From an archaeon (lineage in GTDB: Archaea; Asgardarchaeota; Thorarchaeia; Thorarchaeales; Thorarchaeaceae): a DNA stretch of 64,000 bases. Numbering within the stretch: position 1 is the first letter of the stretch; every line of letters starts with the position of its first letter. A program made the position numbers and the translations under genes. The stretch spans positions 68,463-132,462 of the forward strand of contig JAJRWI010000042.1 in NCBI GenBank assembly GCA_024276825.1. The letters are read 5' to 3'. The notes beneath the pieces were generated by a model. The model ran no database searches and was not told the origin of the DNA. It was given only the letters and a program-made list of their open reading frames with translations. Positions 29,524-39,436 of the stretch are shown here, one piece after another.

Positions 29524-32112
29524 GTGATTTTAGTTGAGGACACAAAGACAGGCAAAAAGGAACAATTCGTTGTTCTTGATGCATTTATCAGCCTTGGACA
29601 TGTAAGAGCAGGCAGAATATCGAGAACATTCGGCTTCGAAAATGTAATGAAATTTTACATGAAGATCGAGAAGCGGCTGAAGAAGTATTCTAAAAAGTAT
29701 CATGATGCTTATCGATATCATCTGATTGATTCGCCCTTTGAGAGACTGCCACTTGTTGGTATGCTTTATCAAAATGCCTTGGAAGCTTCTAGCTGGTTAG
29801 TTGATTTTTTTATTGCTCATCCTCTAATGCGAATAAAGAAGAAGAGCCTGTCAAAAGGGCAAATACGTGATAATATTGCATCCACATATCGTTGGTCCAT
29901 ATGGCCGCCATTCAGCACAAGATTGTATAACTCACAGGACCTTAGGACGAATATCGCAACAAAGGAAGGATGGGGGTGCACGCTAGATCATGCGTCTCTT
30001 AATGAGTGTCTGGCAGACAAACGAAGGGATAAAGTAAGGAGCTATATCATCTCAAGACTTCCAATCTTCATTGAACTTGATGAACCAGATGAATTAGATG
30101 CCCTGTTAAAATGGTTAATCTCAGTCAAGGAGTCAAATCTTCCCCAGCCCCGATTAATCATTAAGGTGAACTCTCATTTAAACTGGGGTAATGATCTAAA
30201 AAAGTTGCTTGACATTCCTAATTGTATGATTTCAACAGCAGGCGCTACGATTCAGTCGCTTGCAGCATTGATCAAGACTGCTATGTCCAAGTTTAGGGAC
30301 AGGTGGTCTACACGGTTTGTCTTTGCGAGCAATTATCCAAATGTAAATGAGGGCGATGAGGTTTCAGAGATACTTAGTCTACTTCTCAGCAAGAGTTTGT
30401 CTGCAGAGCCCGAGGATGTACAAAGAATACTCGCAGGAAACATCATGTCATTGTTGCCACCAAGGCCACCGTCCCTGAATTACATTGAGAATGATGTGTC
30501 AGTAGTTGCAGAAACACGGCTTGGAAATGTTGCATTGAACGAGATGAGTAGGGTTCTACAACTTCTTGCAGCAAAGGGGCGACATGGTGTAGTTTCTGTG
30601 GATTTCATGATAGCAGATGGTGGTGGAAAGATTGACACTAGCAGTTTCATCTTTACCATCAGAGAGGGGAGAACAGATTCTGCAACAAATCTTGGTATAG
30701 TCATTGAGAAAGATGGTACATTCAGAGTGACAGGTTGGAGGAGGGCCTTTAACGAGATGTTGCCAGCCAGAAACAACAAGGTATTCTCAACCCTTATGCG
30801 TTCTGCGACACAGTCTGGAGCTATTATGTTGAGTTCGCCAACTCATATCTCACAGTTTGTGAAAAGTCTATTAAAAGGCCTAAGAGTTTTAGAAACTAAT
30901 GAGATAATTGCCTCTTTGCGATTCAAAGTCAGATATGGGGTGCTAAAGCTGGGGAGCATTGCGATGAATCCTGATGATATAGAAGCAATCAGATTAGAGA
31001 GAGATCATGCAATAATGCTGGAGGCATCAACGCAGACTTGGGGTGTGGCCAAGGTCATACCCAATCCATTGTGCCCTTCCAAATCAGTTATAATGTCACC
31101 AGACGAAGCAAGATTCTTGGGATTCAAGAGCCCATCATATATTGACATTGTGAGTTTCAATGACCAAGTAGTGCATCTTAAAGAGGCAGTATTCACTTTC
31201 AATATAGATGATAATATAAACGAGGTTGAAACTTTTTCATTCATTGTGATACAACGCGACAAGATAGAGGAGATGATCAGAAGTCATTGGTTTGGGAGGG
31301 GTTTCAAGTTCTGGGTGAACCAAGATGCTAGCAGTCTAATGTTTCAATTGACATGTACAAGTCCTGAATTAGAGGCAGGACAAATAGCAGAGATTGCATC
31401 AGGGAAGATTGCACTCAGTCCATCAAGAATTCTAGAGGACTACAACATAGTAATTGGATTAGCATTATCGAAAGACATGCAAGATATCAAGCTCGCCTCT
31501 AGATTTTATCTTTCGGGAGCATTATCAGAGATAATCAACAACTCATCAAGGATAATGCAGTTTGTTTCCAAACTCCGAGATGTCGAGTCGCGAATCAATA
31601 TTTCAAAACTAGCAGCATTGATAGTACTAAATCTAGTAGCACCAAATAGAAATGATTGTGAGTTTGTCCTGTGTTCAAAGCACATTCAGCAGAACATCCC
31701 CGAGATGACTGGGATTTTGACGCCTATTCAAGATGGACTCATCGAAAATCTTGGTGATATTATCATCAACTCATCATTACTAAATGAGAGAGATTCTGAT
31801 ACCATGTTCCAATTAATCAGTCAGAACCTGACACCAAACAAGGAGATCCCAACACTTGTATTGCTTTTTACTGATTTAGCCCTATCAAAAATTAATGGCC
31901 TATTAAGAAAACACAAGATTAGTGAATTAGGGAGGAAGAATATTATCAGCATATTCTGGATGGGAAGCAATGAAACAAATGATACCCTCAACACAAACAC
32001 GCAATTACAATTCATCCCGATTGAAGAGTTCTCCGCTCACATCTTTGGAGGGTATCTTTTATCAGTGTTGGGTGACTTGATGAAACTGGACAGATCACCA
32101 AAGAACGAGTGA
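29524..32112 (+). CDS. Multidomain protein: degenerate amidohydrolase-like plus CDC48 N-like plus vWA-like domains
   Basis: 'RFVFASNYP...ILAGNIMSLL'; 'IAMNPDDIEAI...VIMSPDEARFLG'; 'NIVIGLALSKDM...VLLFTD'. Confidence 0.55.
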   Translation: MILVEDTKTGKKEQFVVLDAFISLGHVRAGRISRTFGFENVMKFYMKIEKRLKKYSKKYHDAYRYHLIDSPFERLPLVGMLYQNALEASSWLVDFFIAHPLMRIKKKSLSKGQIRDNIASTYRWSIWPPFSTRLYNSQDLRTNIATKEGWGCTLDHASLNECLADKRRDKVRSYIISRLPIFIELDEPDELDALLKWLISVKESNLPQPRLIIKVNSHLNWGNDLKKLLDIPNCMISTAGATIQSLAALIKTAMSKFRDRWSTRFVFASNYPNVNEGDEVSEILSLLLSKSLSAEPEDVQRILAGNIMSLLPPRPPSLNYIENDVSVVAETRLGNVALNEMSRVLQLLAAKGRHGVVSVDFMIADGGGKIDTSSFIFTIREGRTDSATNLGIVIEKDGTFRVTGWRRAFNEMLPARNNKVFSTLMRSATQSGAIMLSSPTHISQFVKSLLKGLRVLETNEIIASLRFKVRYGVLKLGSIAMNPDDIEAIRLERDHAIMLEASTQTWGVAKVIPNPLCPSKSVIMSPDEARFLGFKSPSYIDIVSFNDQVVHLKEAVFTFNIDDNINEVETFSFIVIQRDKIEEMIRSHWFGRGFKFWVNQDASSLMFQLTCTSPELEAGQIAEIASGKIALSPSRILEDYNIVIGLALSKDMQDIKLASRFYLSGALSEIINNSSRIMQFVSKLRDVESRINISKLAALIVLNLVAPNRNDCEFVLCSKHIQQNIPEMTGILTPIQDGLIENLGDIIINSSLLNERDSDTMFQLISQNLTPNKEIPTLVLLFTDLALSKINGLLRKHKISELGRKNIISIFWMGSNETNDTLNTNTQLQFIPIEEFSAHIFGGYLLSVLGDLMKLDRSPKNE

Positions 32113-32134
32113 TTGAGATCTACCCCGAGTATCC

Positions 32135-32524
32135 TTGCAGGTGATAATAATGAGTAGCGAAGTCTTGATCAAGCTTGATTTTGAAGATGGACTTAAGTTG
32201 AGAGGAAAACTAGACAGAGTCTTGGCGCCTAGCATTGTTGAAGAGATAAAAGTCAGATGTCCTATAGAGGGCCGGGCCACATTGCTGAGAGGAGAGATGA
32301 AGATCACTCTTGGAATCAAGAAGGGTGTGCAAAAAGCCACGAAAGAGGTCAGGCGAGGTCAGATTGCATATATGCCATTGGGAGACCTTCTTTGCATCTA
32401 CCTGAAGGACATGCAAACATATAGCCCCGTTAATATTCTGGGTTCAGTGTTGACTGATGAAACTCTTGAGAGATTGAATGATGTGAGAAGAGGTTCCAAG
32501 GTGACCATTGCTCTTGTTGAGTAA
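32135..32524 (+). CDS. Cyclophilin-like fold protein (DUF369/TM1367-like)
   Basis: 'AP......CPI', 'V..G.IAY.P.G..LCIY', 'SPVN.LG'. Confidence 0.8.
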   Translation: MQVIIMSSEVLIKLDFEDGLKLRGKLDRVLAPSIVEEIKVRCPIEGRATLLRGEMKITLGIKKGVQKATKEVRRGQIAYMPLGDLLCIYLKDMQTYSPVNILGSVLTDETLERLNDVRRGSKVTIALVE

Positions 32525-33091
32525 TCATATCTTCTGTATGGTCTTCAACAGAATAGCATGACCATCTTCTTCCTTTTCAGTAGGGTCAACGATTATCCCT
32601 GGATCATACGTTTCGATAATTACTTCAACACCAGCATTCTGAACCTTCTTGAAGCCCTTTGGCGTAATAGGGCGTATTGTCAATTGCTTCGTGTTGAATT
32701 CAGTCCTAGTTTTTGCTTCAACTGGCTTTATGTCAAGACGTATCTTTGATTTTGCATGTCGCAGTTGTTCCTTTAGCTCTGCCACTTGCACTTGAAGTTC
32801 ATTGCGTGATTCTCTCATGGCACTCAATTGCTCGCGAATATCTTCGTATTCTGTTCGATCAACAAAGTTTTGGGATCTATCAATCCAAGTCAAGGTCGTA
32901 CCGTCATATCGACGTTCAGTTTCAATTAAGTCCAGCCCCTTCAATACTGCAATGATGTCATACACTCTTCTCTTTGGAACATTCAGCTCTCTTGCCAATG
33001 CCTCACTCTTGATACCCTGAGGATAAATTTCCTTGAGTATCCTGACTGACTCCCGGGCGAGATCAACAAGCTTCATACCTAAATCCCCCAA
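32525..33091 (-). CDS. E2F/DP-like winged-helix transcription factor with coiled coil
   Basis: 'LARELNVPKRRVYDIIAVLKGLDLIE...W' followed by a heptad coiled coil and a beta-rich C-terminus. Confidence 0.75.
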   Translation of the reverse strand: MGDLGMKLVDLARESVRILKEIYPQGIKSEALARELNVPKRRVYDIIAVLKGLDLIETERRYDGTTLTWIDRSQNFVDRTEYEDIREQLSAMRESRNELQVQVAELKEQLRHAKSKIRLDIKPVEAKTRTEFNTKQLTIRPITPKGFKKVQNAGVEVIIETYDPGIIVDPTEKEEDGHAILLKTIQKI

Positions 33092-33339
33092 GGTGGTAAT
33101 ACCTAATTCACTCTCGGGTCACTTCTAGGATATAATTGATTGGTAGTATATAGATGTTTGTATTGTATTATCGATTTATAGTAAAACCCCCCTCAAAAAT
33201 GCTAAAATCGATTTTACGGTAACAGTAATTATATTTCGAATATCTTATGAGGGATGTGATCTCTGTCAGTACCGATAATATCTTATTACATGGCTGTGGG
33301 CATCTCATTGACATAACTACACATCAGGTGGAGTTGAAA

Positions 33340-34674
33340 ATGCCAAGGAAAAAAGTCATCATTATGGGAGCTGCAGGCAGAGATTTTCATAACTTCAATA
33401 TGTTTTTCAGAGATAATGAGGATTATGAAGTTGTGGCATTTACTGCGGAGCAGATTCCGGGAATTGGAGATAGAATTTACCCGCCGGAGTTATCAGGAAG
33501 CCTATATCCCAAGGGTATAAAGATATACCCAGAGGAAGAGCTTCCCGAGCTAATCGAGAAATATGATGTTGAACAGTGCATTTTGGCATATTCCGACTTG
33601 TCATACGAAACTGTAGGACATAAGATAGCATGGGTCAATAGTCTTGGGCCTGACATGCGATTGATGGGTCCAAGTACTACAATGATTAAGAGTGATAAAC
33701 CGGTAATAGCTGTGTGTGCAGTAAGAACAGGCTGTGGAAAGAGCCAGACCTCACGTCGTGTGAACTCCATTCTTGTGGAAATGGGACTCAAACCAGTAAA
33801 TATTCGGCACCCCATGCCATATGATCCAGACCTGACCACGCAGATTTCGCAGAGATACGAAAAGCTAGAAGATATGGACAGGTATAACTGCACAATTGAG
33901 GAGAGAGAGGAATATGAACCCATGATAAACATGGGTGTGATTCTGTATGCAGGAGTAGATTATGAGAAGATTGTTCGTCAGGCAGAACAGGAAGCAGATG
34001 TCATCACATGGGATGGGGGGAACAATGACTTCTCATTTGTTAAGCCGGACCTGCTCATCACAATTGTGGATCCACATAGGCCGGGTCATGAGATATCATA
34101 CTACCCTGGCGAAACCAATCTGAGAATGGCTGATGTTGTTATTATTAACAAGATTGACACGGCAGACTATGATTTCATTGAAGAGGTTAGAGAGAATGTC
34201 ATGTCTGTGAATCCAAAGGCTATAATCATTGAGGCAGCATCGCCACTGACTGTTGATGATTACAGCATCATTCGTGGCAAGAGGGTAATTGTTGTAGAAG
34301 ATGGCCCCACTGTCACTCATGGTGAGATGCCATACGGCGCAGGCTACATTGCCGCGAGAAAGGCAGGGGCAGAGATTGTGGATCCCAGGCCTTTTGCTGT
34401 GGGTAGCATCAAGAACACCTTTGAGAAATACACGCATCTTGAGGATGTTCTTCCTGCTATGGGATATGGCAAGAAGCAGATGGAAGAACTTCAAGAAACA
34501 ATTAACCGCTCAGATGTTGATGCCATCGTAATTGGAACTCCCATTGATCTTGGAAAATTGATAGAAATCAATAAACCAAGTGTCCGAGTCCGTTATGACC
34601 TCCAAGAGATTGGCAGGCCAAATCTTGAGGACATTTTAGGAGATTTCATCAAGGAACATGGCCTATTGAAATAG
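33340..34674 (+). CDS. COG2403 P-loop enzyme (cyclic 2,3-DPG synthetase-like; arginine synthetase ArcE-like)
   Basis: GAAGRDFHNFN, AVRTGCGKSQ, RHPMPY, TIEEREEYE, WDGGNND, VEDGPT.THG, LPAMGY; ATG 33340 after AGGTGGAG. Confidence 0.88.
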   Translation: MPRKKVIIMGAAGRDFHNFNMFFRDNEDYEVVAFTAEQIPGIGDRIYPPELSGSLYPKGIKIYPEEELPELIEKYDVEQCILAYSDLSYETVGHKIAWVNSLGPDMRLMGPSTTMIKSDKPVIAVCAVRTGCGKSQTSRRVNSILVEMGLKPVNIRHPMPYDPDLTTQISQRYEKLEDMDRYNCTIEEREEYEPMINMGVILYAGVDYEKIVRQAEQEADVITWDGGNNDFSFVKPDLLITIVDPHRPGHEISYYPGETNLRMADVVIINKIDTADYDFIEEVRENVMSVNPKAIIIEAASPLTVDDYSIIRGKRVIVVEDGPTVTHGEMPYGAGYIAARKAGAEIVDPRPFAVGSIKNTFEKYTHLEDVLPAMGYGKKQMEELQETINRSDVDAIVIGTPIDLGKLIEINKPSVRVRYDLQEIGRPNLEDILGDFIKEHGLLK

Positions 34675-34772
34675 CTCAAATATATGCAAAACTACAGGTT
34701 ACTCGAATGAAATAAAAGGGATAAAGTCAACATTTGAAGCACACATTTCCAAATGTGTAAGGAGGAAATAAT

Positions 34773-35156
34773 ATGGCTGAAATTCCAGTTGCGGAACCAG
34801 GGTCTGGCTACGGTGGCGCTGACAGGCCTCTGGGAGTTACTATTTTAGCAGTGCTGCAGATCATCGGCGGTCTGCTTGTTCTTTTTGGTGGAGCAGCCCT
34901 CATGGCAGTTGGTACATATCTACTTGGACCATTAGGAGCCCTCATCGGGGGTGTACTGCTAATCCTTGGTCTGTTCGAATTGGTTGTTGGTTGGGGTCTC
35001 TGGAACATGAGACCATGGGCATGGCTAATCGCTATGATATTGAACATAATCAGCATAATCCTATCCATTGTCATGTTTGACATCATTGGACTGATTATTC
35101 CATTAATCATAGTGATCTACCTCAATCAGCCCAATATCAAGAGCAGATTCCGCTAA
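34773..35156 (+). CDS. Small 4-TM membrane protein
   Basis: 'RPLGVTILAVL...GLW...PWAW' pattern; AGGAGG RBS. Confidence 0.8.
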   Translation: MAEIPVAEPGSGYGGADRPLGVTILAVLQIIGGLLVLFGGAALMAVGTYLLGPLGALIGGVLLILGLFELVVGWGLWNMRPWAWLIAMILNIISIILSIVMFDIIGLIIPLIIVIYLNQPNIKSRFR

Positions 35157-35167
35157 ATTAAAAAATA

Positions 35168-35199
35168 GACCGGGAAGTTCCCGGTCCCACTTTTCTTTT
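35168..35199. terminator. Bidirectional terminator-like hairpin
   Basis: GACCGGGAA-G-TTCCCGGTC flanked by an A-run and a T-run between convergent genes. Confidence 0.75.
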
Positions 35200-36795
35200 T
35201 TAAGCAGGCTTTGGACGGATATCTATTACTTCCATGAATTTAAGGCCGCCAGCCTTCTCCATCAATGTTTCAAATGACATTATGAAGACATTGGGAGTGA
35301 CCTCTGTACTGACTTTTGTAATTCGCTTAATCTCTGCAATAAGCTCGGTATGATCTTCAGATGGAGAGCCGCGTGGTGCAACATAAAGATTCAAGACATC
35401 CATACTGTAAGGGTCATTCATATCTTCTTTTGCCACTTCAATCTGAAGTTCATCAACTTGGGGGAGTGAGAGAATATCGGACCGGAGTGCAGATAAATTG
35501 ACTGTGGCCCCCTTGATCTTTTTCTCAGAGATACCCATTACTTGGATTTGTGCCTCTGCATCGTTTGTCCGCCCAATATCCCAGAAGAAGGGGCCATCCA
35601 TTCCGCAGACTGGACATTTACCTCGTTCATGCTTAGACACCACATCACCAAGTAGAAAGCCCTCAAATACAGTACCGGTGCCATCAAGATGAAACAGTGT
35701 GACATAGCCTGATTCATCCTCACTTGCAAAATCATAAGTCCCATCATTATTGTACTTTACAACTTCAAATGCCAGCATCAATGGCGAAACATTATGATAA
35801 GGTCCATGTAGATCACATTGGACAGCAAATGATATCTTGCTCTCTGATGAGGCATAACCTCCAACAACACGGACCTCTCTTGCCCCTTTCTCTTCAAGAG
35901 TACTGGTTATATCATCAATAACTGGCTGATATATCTTCTCGCCTGCTATTACTAGAACAACTTTTTCAGGGGCCTTGTACTCCGTGTTGGCCTTCATTGC
36001 TCTAAAGAATCTGTTCCTCAGGTAACTTGGCATTCCTGCAAAACCGTTGACTTTGAACACACTGGCCATATCAACAAGCTTCTCAGTTGGAATGGCCCCA
36101 CCCGCGCTGGTCGCAACATAGAACTTTGAAATCTGCTTTAGTCCGATATTCACTGCGTGCCATCCAAGGTGGGGAGCATAAGGAAACAGGTTCATACTTA
36201 TGAGCTCCCAGCCAGAGTCCACCCAGGGATCAATTGCCATTTGCCCGACTTTAATGCAATTGGCCGCGAGAAGGTCATTATCATAACGTGTTAAAAACAC
36301 AGGAGAAGGAAGACCTGATGCCCTCCCAGAACTGAGCCAGAATTGTAGGGGGGAGTAAAAATAACTCATGTGGTCCTTCAACTCTTGCATGGCATCCTCT
36401 GCACCAATCTTGAGCTTCACACGAGCACCCTTATTTCGAATGAATTTGGCCTTTTCAGAATAGTTAGATGCTTTGTAGTAGCTCATGAGTGATCGAATGA
36501 TATTAACGGGAGGGCGCTCATTGCCATCCACCTCCGTGGGGTTTAGAACAAACTCTCTAAGATTGTCCTTGTACTCGTGCTTTTTTACGAGTGGAATATT
36601 ATATCTCGCCCAGTCTTCAATACAAGAAATATTGAATGGGTCAATATTCAGACTTTTGAATAGTCTTCGATAATATGGATGATTTGGCCAGACTTGATAA
36701 CGGATGAATGCACGAAACTTCTTATCCTGAATCTCCTTAATCTCGCGATGATTTGTCATCTTGAGCTCTTTAAATGTGAAAGTTGTCTTGGTCAC
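35200..36795 (-). CDS. Phenylacetate-CoA ligase (PaaK)-like adenylate-forming enzyme
   Basis: PYYR..F, SSG..G.P, G.PSYL, AGE, Y..SE, GD, GR and 'IKGA.V' motifs. Confidence 0.8.
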   Translation of the reverse strand: MTKTTFTFKELKMTNHREIKEIQDKKFRAFIRYQVWPNHPYYRRLFKSLNIDPFNISCIEDWARYNIPLVKKHEYKDNLREFVLNPTEVDGNERPPVNIIRSLMSYYKASNYSEKAKFIRNKGARVKLKIGAEDAMQELKDHMSYFYSPLQFWLSSGRASGLPSPVFLTRYDNDLLAANCIKVGQMAIDPWVDSGWELISMNLFPYAPHLGWHAVNIGLKQISKFYVATSAGGAIPTEKLVDMASVFKVNGFAGMPSYLRNRFFRAMKANTEYKAPEKVVLVIAGEKIYQPVIDDITSTLEEKGAREVRVVGGYASSESKISFAVQCDLHGPYHNVSPLMLAFEVVKYNNDGTYDFASEDESGYVTLFHLDGTGTVFEGFLLGDVVSKHERGKCPVCGMDGPFFWDIGRTNDAEAQIQVMGISEKKIKGATVNLSALRSDILSLPQVDELQIEVAKEDMNDPYSMDVLNLYVAPRGSPSEDHTELIAEIKRITKVSTEVTPNVFIMSFETLMEKAGGLKFMEVIDIRPKPA

Positions 36796-37008
36796 GCAAA
36801 CATCTCCTTGATTTTCCCATGTGTTTCATAAAGTCCGATTATTAAAGATTTACACAAATCAATTGCATGAATAAGGCTCATTCATGAAGTAATTCGATTG
36901 CAAATATCAGGCTCGAATGATGATAACACACTGATTCATTAAGAGTAGAAATCCATAATAGAGACAGAGTCATTCAACAGAATAACGAAAGACAGGTTGA
37001 TGTGAATC

Positions 37009-37440
37009 ATGTCGGAGTCCGATGAAAAATTACAGAAAGGCATCATTGAGCTTGACAAGGGGAATGACAAGAAAGCTTATGGATACTTCAAAGATGTGTT
37101 TGAGGGGCGCGAAGATAAGCTCATTAAAAAAGTACAGGATAATCCAAAATCGCCCACACTTATGCTTGATGCATTGTACATGATTCACGCATTAGTATGG
37201 CTGAGGATTGCTGAGGCCGGAGTAAAGAAAAAGGATGCAATAGAGCATCTTGGCAAGGCGGTCGGTACTGTTGAAGCCGCTAGAACCGCACTTGGGCCAC
37301 TGGTTTCTGGACTTGCGCAATGGGCAAAAGAGCAAGACATCAAGGCAGTACACAATAGGGCTCTTGGCCTACTGGCTGCAACACAAGATCTCGAAGAACT
37401 TGCCAGAAAAGCTCTAGAAGCAAGAAAGAAGCTCAAGTAG
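37009..37440 (+). CDS. Hypothetical alpha-helical protein
   Basis: Clean ORF filling the gap. Confidence 0.7.
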   Translation: MSESDEKLQKGIIELDKGNDKKAYGYFKDVFEGREDKLIKKVQDNPKSPTLMLDALYMIHALVWLRIAEAGVKKKDAIEHLGKAVGTVEAARTALGPLVSGLAQWAKEQDIKAVHNRALGLLAATQDLEELARKALEARKKLK

Positions 37441-37465
37441 TGAAACTGAAGTCGTGAATCGACTC

Positions 37466-37801
37466 TCAGTGGCCATCCATATATCTTTTCCATTCCTTTT
37501 CAGGAAATCGTTCTTCCATAGTTTCAAGTTCTTGGAGATACGAAGACTCGAGGTCAATCTCAAAATGGTTTGCAAGTTGTATAAACAGCGAGAACACCTG
37601 AGCAAACTCACGAGCCAGATCATTCTTTGTCTGCTCATGCCCCAGACCAATTGCCTTGTATCCCTCTTCAATAGTGATGTGCCGCGAGATTTCACCAAGT
37701 TCTTCTATCAGATGGGTGAACACGAGCGAAGCTGGAAACTTGTTCCAGCCACGCCGTTCTTCGAATTCACGGGTCTTTTCTTGAATCTCCCGAAGGTGCA
37801 T
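37466..37801 (-). CDS. MazG-like nucleotide pyrophosphohydrolase
   Basis: 'L.EELGE...E.A.V......LAN...IDL'. Confidence 0.88.
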   Translation of the reverse strand: MHLREIQEKTREFEERRGWNKFPASLVFTHLIEELGEISRHITIEEGYKAIGLGHEQTKNDLAREFAQVFSLFIQLANHFEIDLESSYLQELETMEERFPEKEWKRYMDGH

Positions 37802-38509
37802 CTACATCAGCCTCTTGATTATCTGCATCACTTGACCTCGGGCGCTATCAAGTGCTTTTGGTGAAGGCTTCGAAAGTGGCCCAATCTCATATGAATCGCC
37901 CAATTCTTCAAGACCGAGGAACATAGCCTCACTTACAACACCCATCATTTCTGCAGGGGGTAATACTGCACACGGAAGCCTCATCCCGGACTTTATGTCC
38001 TGAAGGTTTGTCACTATTTGCCAACGTTGTTTTCCGTCCGAACATCTACATAGCGTCAGATTCTTTGAGCCAGCGATCTGTTCGACATGACCAATCTCAA
38101 CAGCCAAGAGATCAACTGCAAACGCGGGGTCATCACTAAAATTAAGAAGGCGATTTTGGAATCCTCCGACAATGCGGAGTGAATACTCCATCTCAGCAAG
38201 AGTTAGGGCATCCTTGGGAGTATTGGGAGAATATCCAGTAGATTTCAAGGCCTTATGAAACGCCTCACCTACTTCATGAATAGATGAAACCAGTTGGTTG
38301 GTGGAACTCATCTCAGCAAGACTCTTGGGGTCGATATAAGAGAACTTGACTTCGTAAAAAAAGCCGTTGGCCCTTTGCACAGCCTTTCCTAAAAGGCCGT
38401 AATCAATGTGAAACTTCAATTTTCTGTTGGATATAATTTCATCAAGGCGTTTTAATGCATCTTCGAGAATCAATACTCGAGCATCCTTTGCTGTGTCCAA
38501 TGAAATCAC
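37802..38509 (-). CDS. Archaeal tRNA-binding (EMAP/Trbp OB-fold) protein, COG2517-like
   Basis: 'DTAKDAR', 'IVTN', 'LPP....GVVSEAMF'. Confidence 0.85.
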   Translation of the reverse strand: MISLDTAKDARVLILEDALKRLDEIISNRKLKFHIDYGLLGKAVQRANGFFYEVKFSYIDPKSLAEMSSTNQLVSSIHEVGEAFHKALKSTGYSPNTPKDALTLAEMEYSLRIVGGFQNRLLNFSDDPAFAVDLLAVEIGHVEQIAGSKNLTLCRCSDGKQRWQIVTNLQDIKSGMRLPCAVLPPAEMMGVVSEAMFLGLEELGDSYEIGPLSKPSPKALDSARGQVMQIIKRLM

Positions 38510-38631
38510 CTGCTATATACGTAAGAGTATTATTGATAAAACAAACGGAGATAACACAAGCAGTCAATGATGAGAAGTGATAAATAGGAAAGAATGTTAA
38601 TGTTATAAAGCCAAACAGGAAGAGGTTCACT

Positions 38632-39243
38632 TTGATACAAGCATTGTACATCCTAATTGCCGATAGCGGGCTCTGTGTTCTCGATAGAAAATATGGTGAA
38701 GCAGATCTCGACCCAAATTTGATTGCGGGCTTTCTTACTGCATTAATCCAGTTTGGTAGAGAGTTAAGTTCAGGCAACAGAGTTCATGTCATTGAGTTTG
38801 GACAGTTTGACATCTGCCTGTCATTGAAGAGTAATGTCATTGTCGCAGGAACAGTTGATAAGACTGATGATCAGAATGCTGCAATGGCTCTCCTTGCTGA
38901 GGTCAATAACGAGTTCGTCAACGAATATGGCAATCTTCTGGAAACCTGGGACGGTAATCTAGAACCATTTGAAAAATTCAAGCAGAGAGTTGATGAGATC
39001 ACAGATTTTGGTAAGGCCTCAGAAAAGAAGATAAGGGTGCCCATTCTCAAGGGCAGGGTTTCTCAAATGCTAGTACGCCTTGGCCAGATATCTCAAGAGA
39101 TGTATGATGTTGCTCAGATGTGTAAGGGTAAACTCACTGTCAGGGATATTGCAGATCAACTTGGAATGCATGAAAAGGAGGTCATGAAATCAATTCATGC
39201 TCTTGAGGATATGAAGATGATTCAATGGAAGGAAATTGGATAA
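38632..39243 (+). CDS. Asgard-type longin-domain protein with C-terminal winged helix
   Basis: 'LYI...SGLC......D.NLIAGFLTAL..F..E' longin pattern; 'C.G..TV.DIA..L........I..L' wHTH. Confidence 0.8.
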   Translation: MIQALYILIADSGLCVLDRKYGEADLDPNLIAGFLTALIQFGRELSSGNRVHVIEFGQFDICLSLKSNVIVAGTVDKTDDQNAAMALLAEVNNEFVNEYGNLLETWDGNLEPFEKFKQRVDEITDFGKASEKKIRVPILKGRVSQMLVRLGQISQEMYDVAQMCKGKLTVRDIADQLGMHEKEVMKSIHALEDMKMIQWKEIG

Positions 39244-39263
39244 CCGCATCACCATTTATTATT

Positions 39264-39436
39264 AATTGGACAATCTTGGACATCTGAATTATTTCCGCCC
39301 AGAAAACAGCACTGGGTACATTTCGAAAGCGACTCCTGCAATAGGCCTAATAAATTCATAAAATATAATGCCTTTTATTATCTCTTTTTTGTGAGCATTC
39401 AACTCTGTCAAGGTGTTTCGCATCCACGCGCAACCC
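39264..39436 (+). mobile_element. MITE-like repeat, copy 2 (right TIR decayed)
   Basis: AATTGGACAATCTTGGACATCT...CCCAGAAAACAGCACTGGG...TTCGCATCCACGCGCAACCC. Confidence 0.75.

Noticed and set aside
32525-33091. Plain TrmB-type wHTH interpretation of the E2F-like protein
   Set aside because: The RRxYD motif, VL.G..LI...W and the E2F-spaced coiled coil fit E2F/DP better, and no TrmB effector domain is evident; kept as the alternative to test
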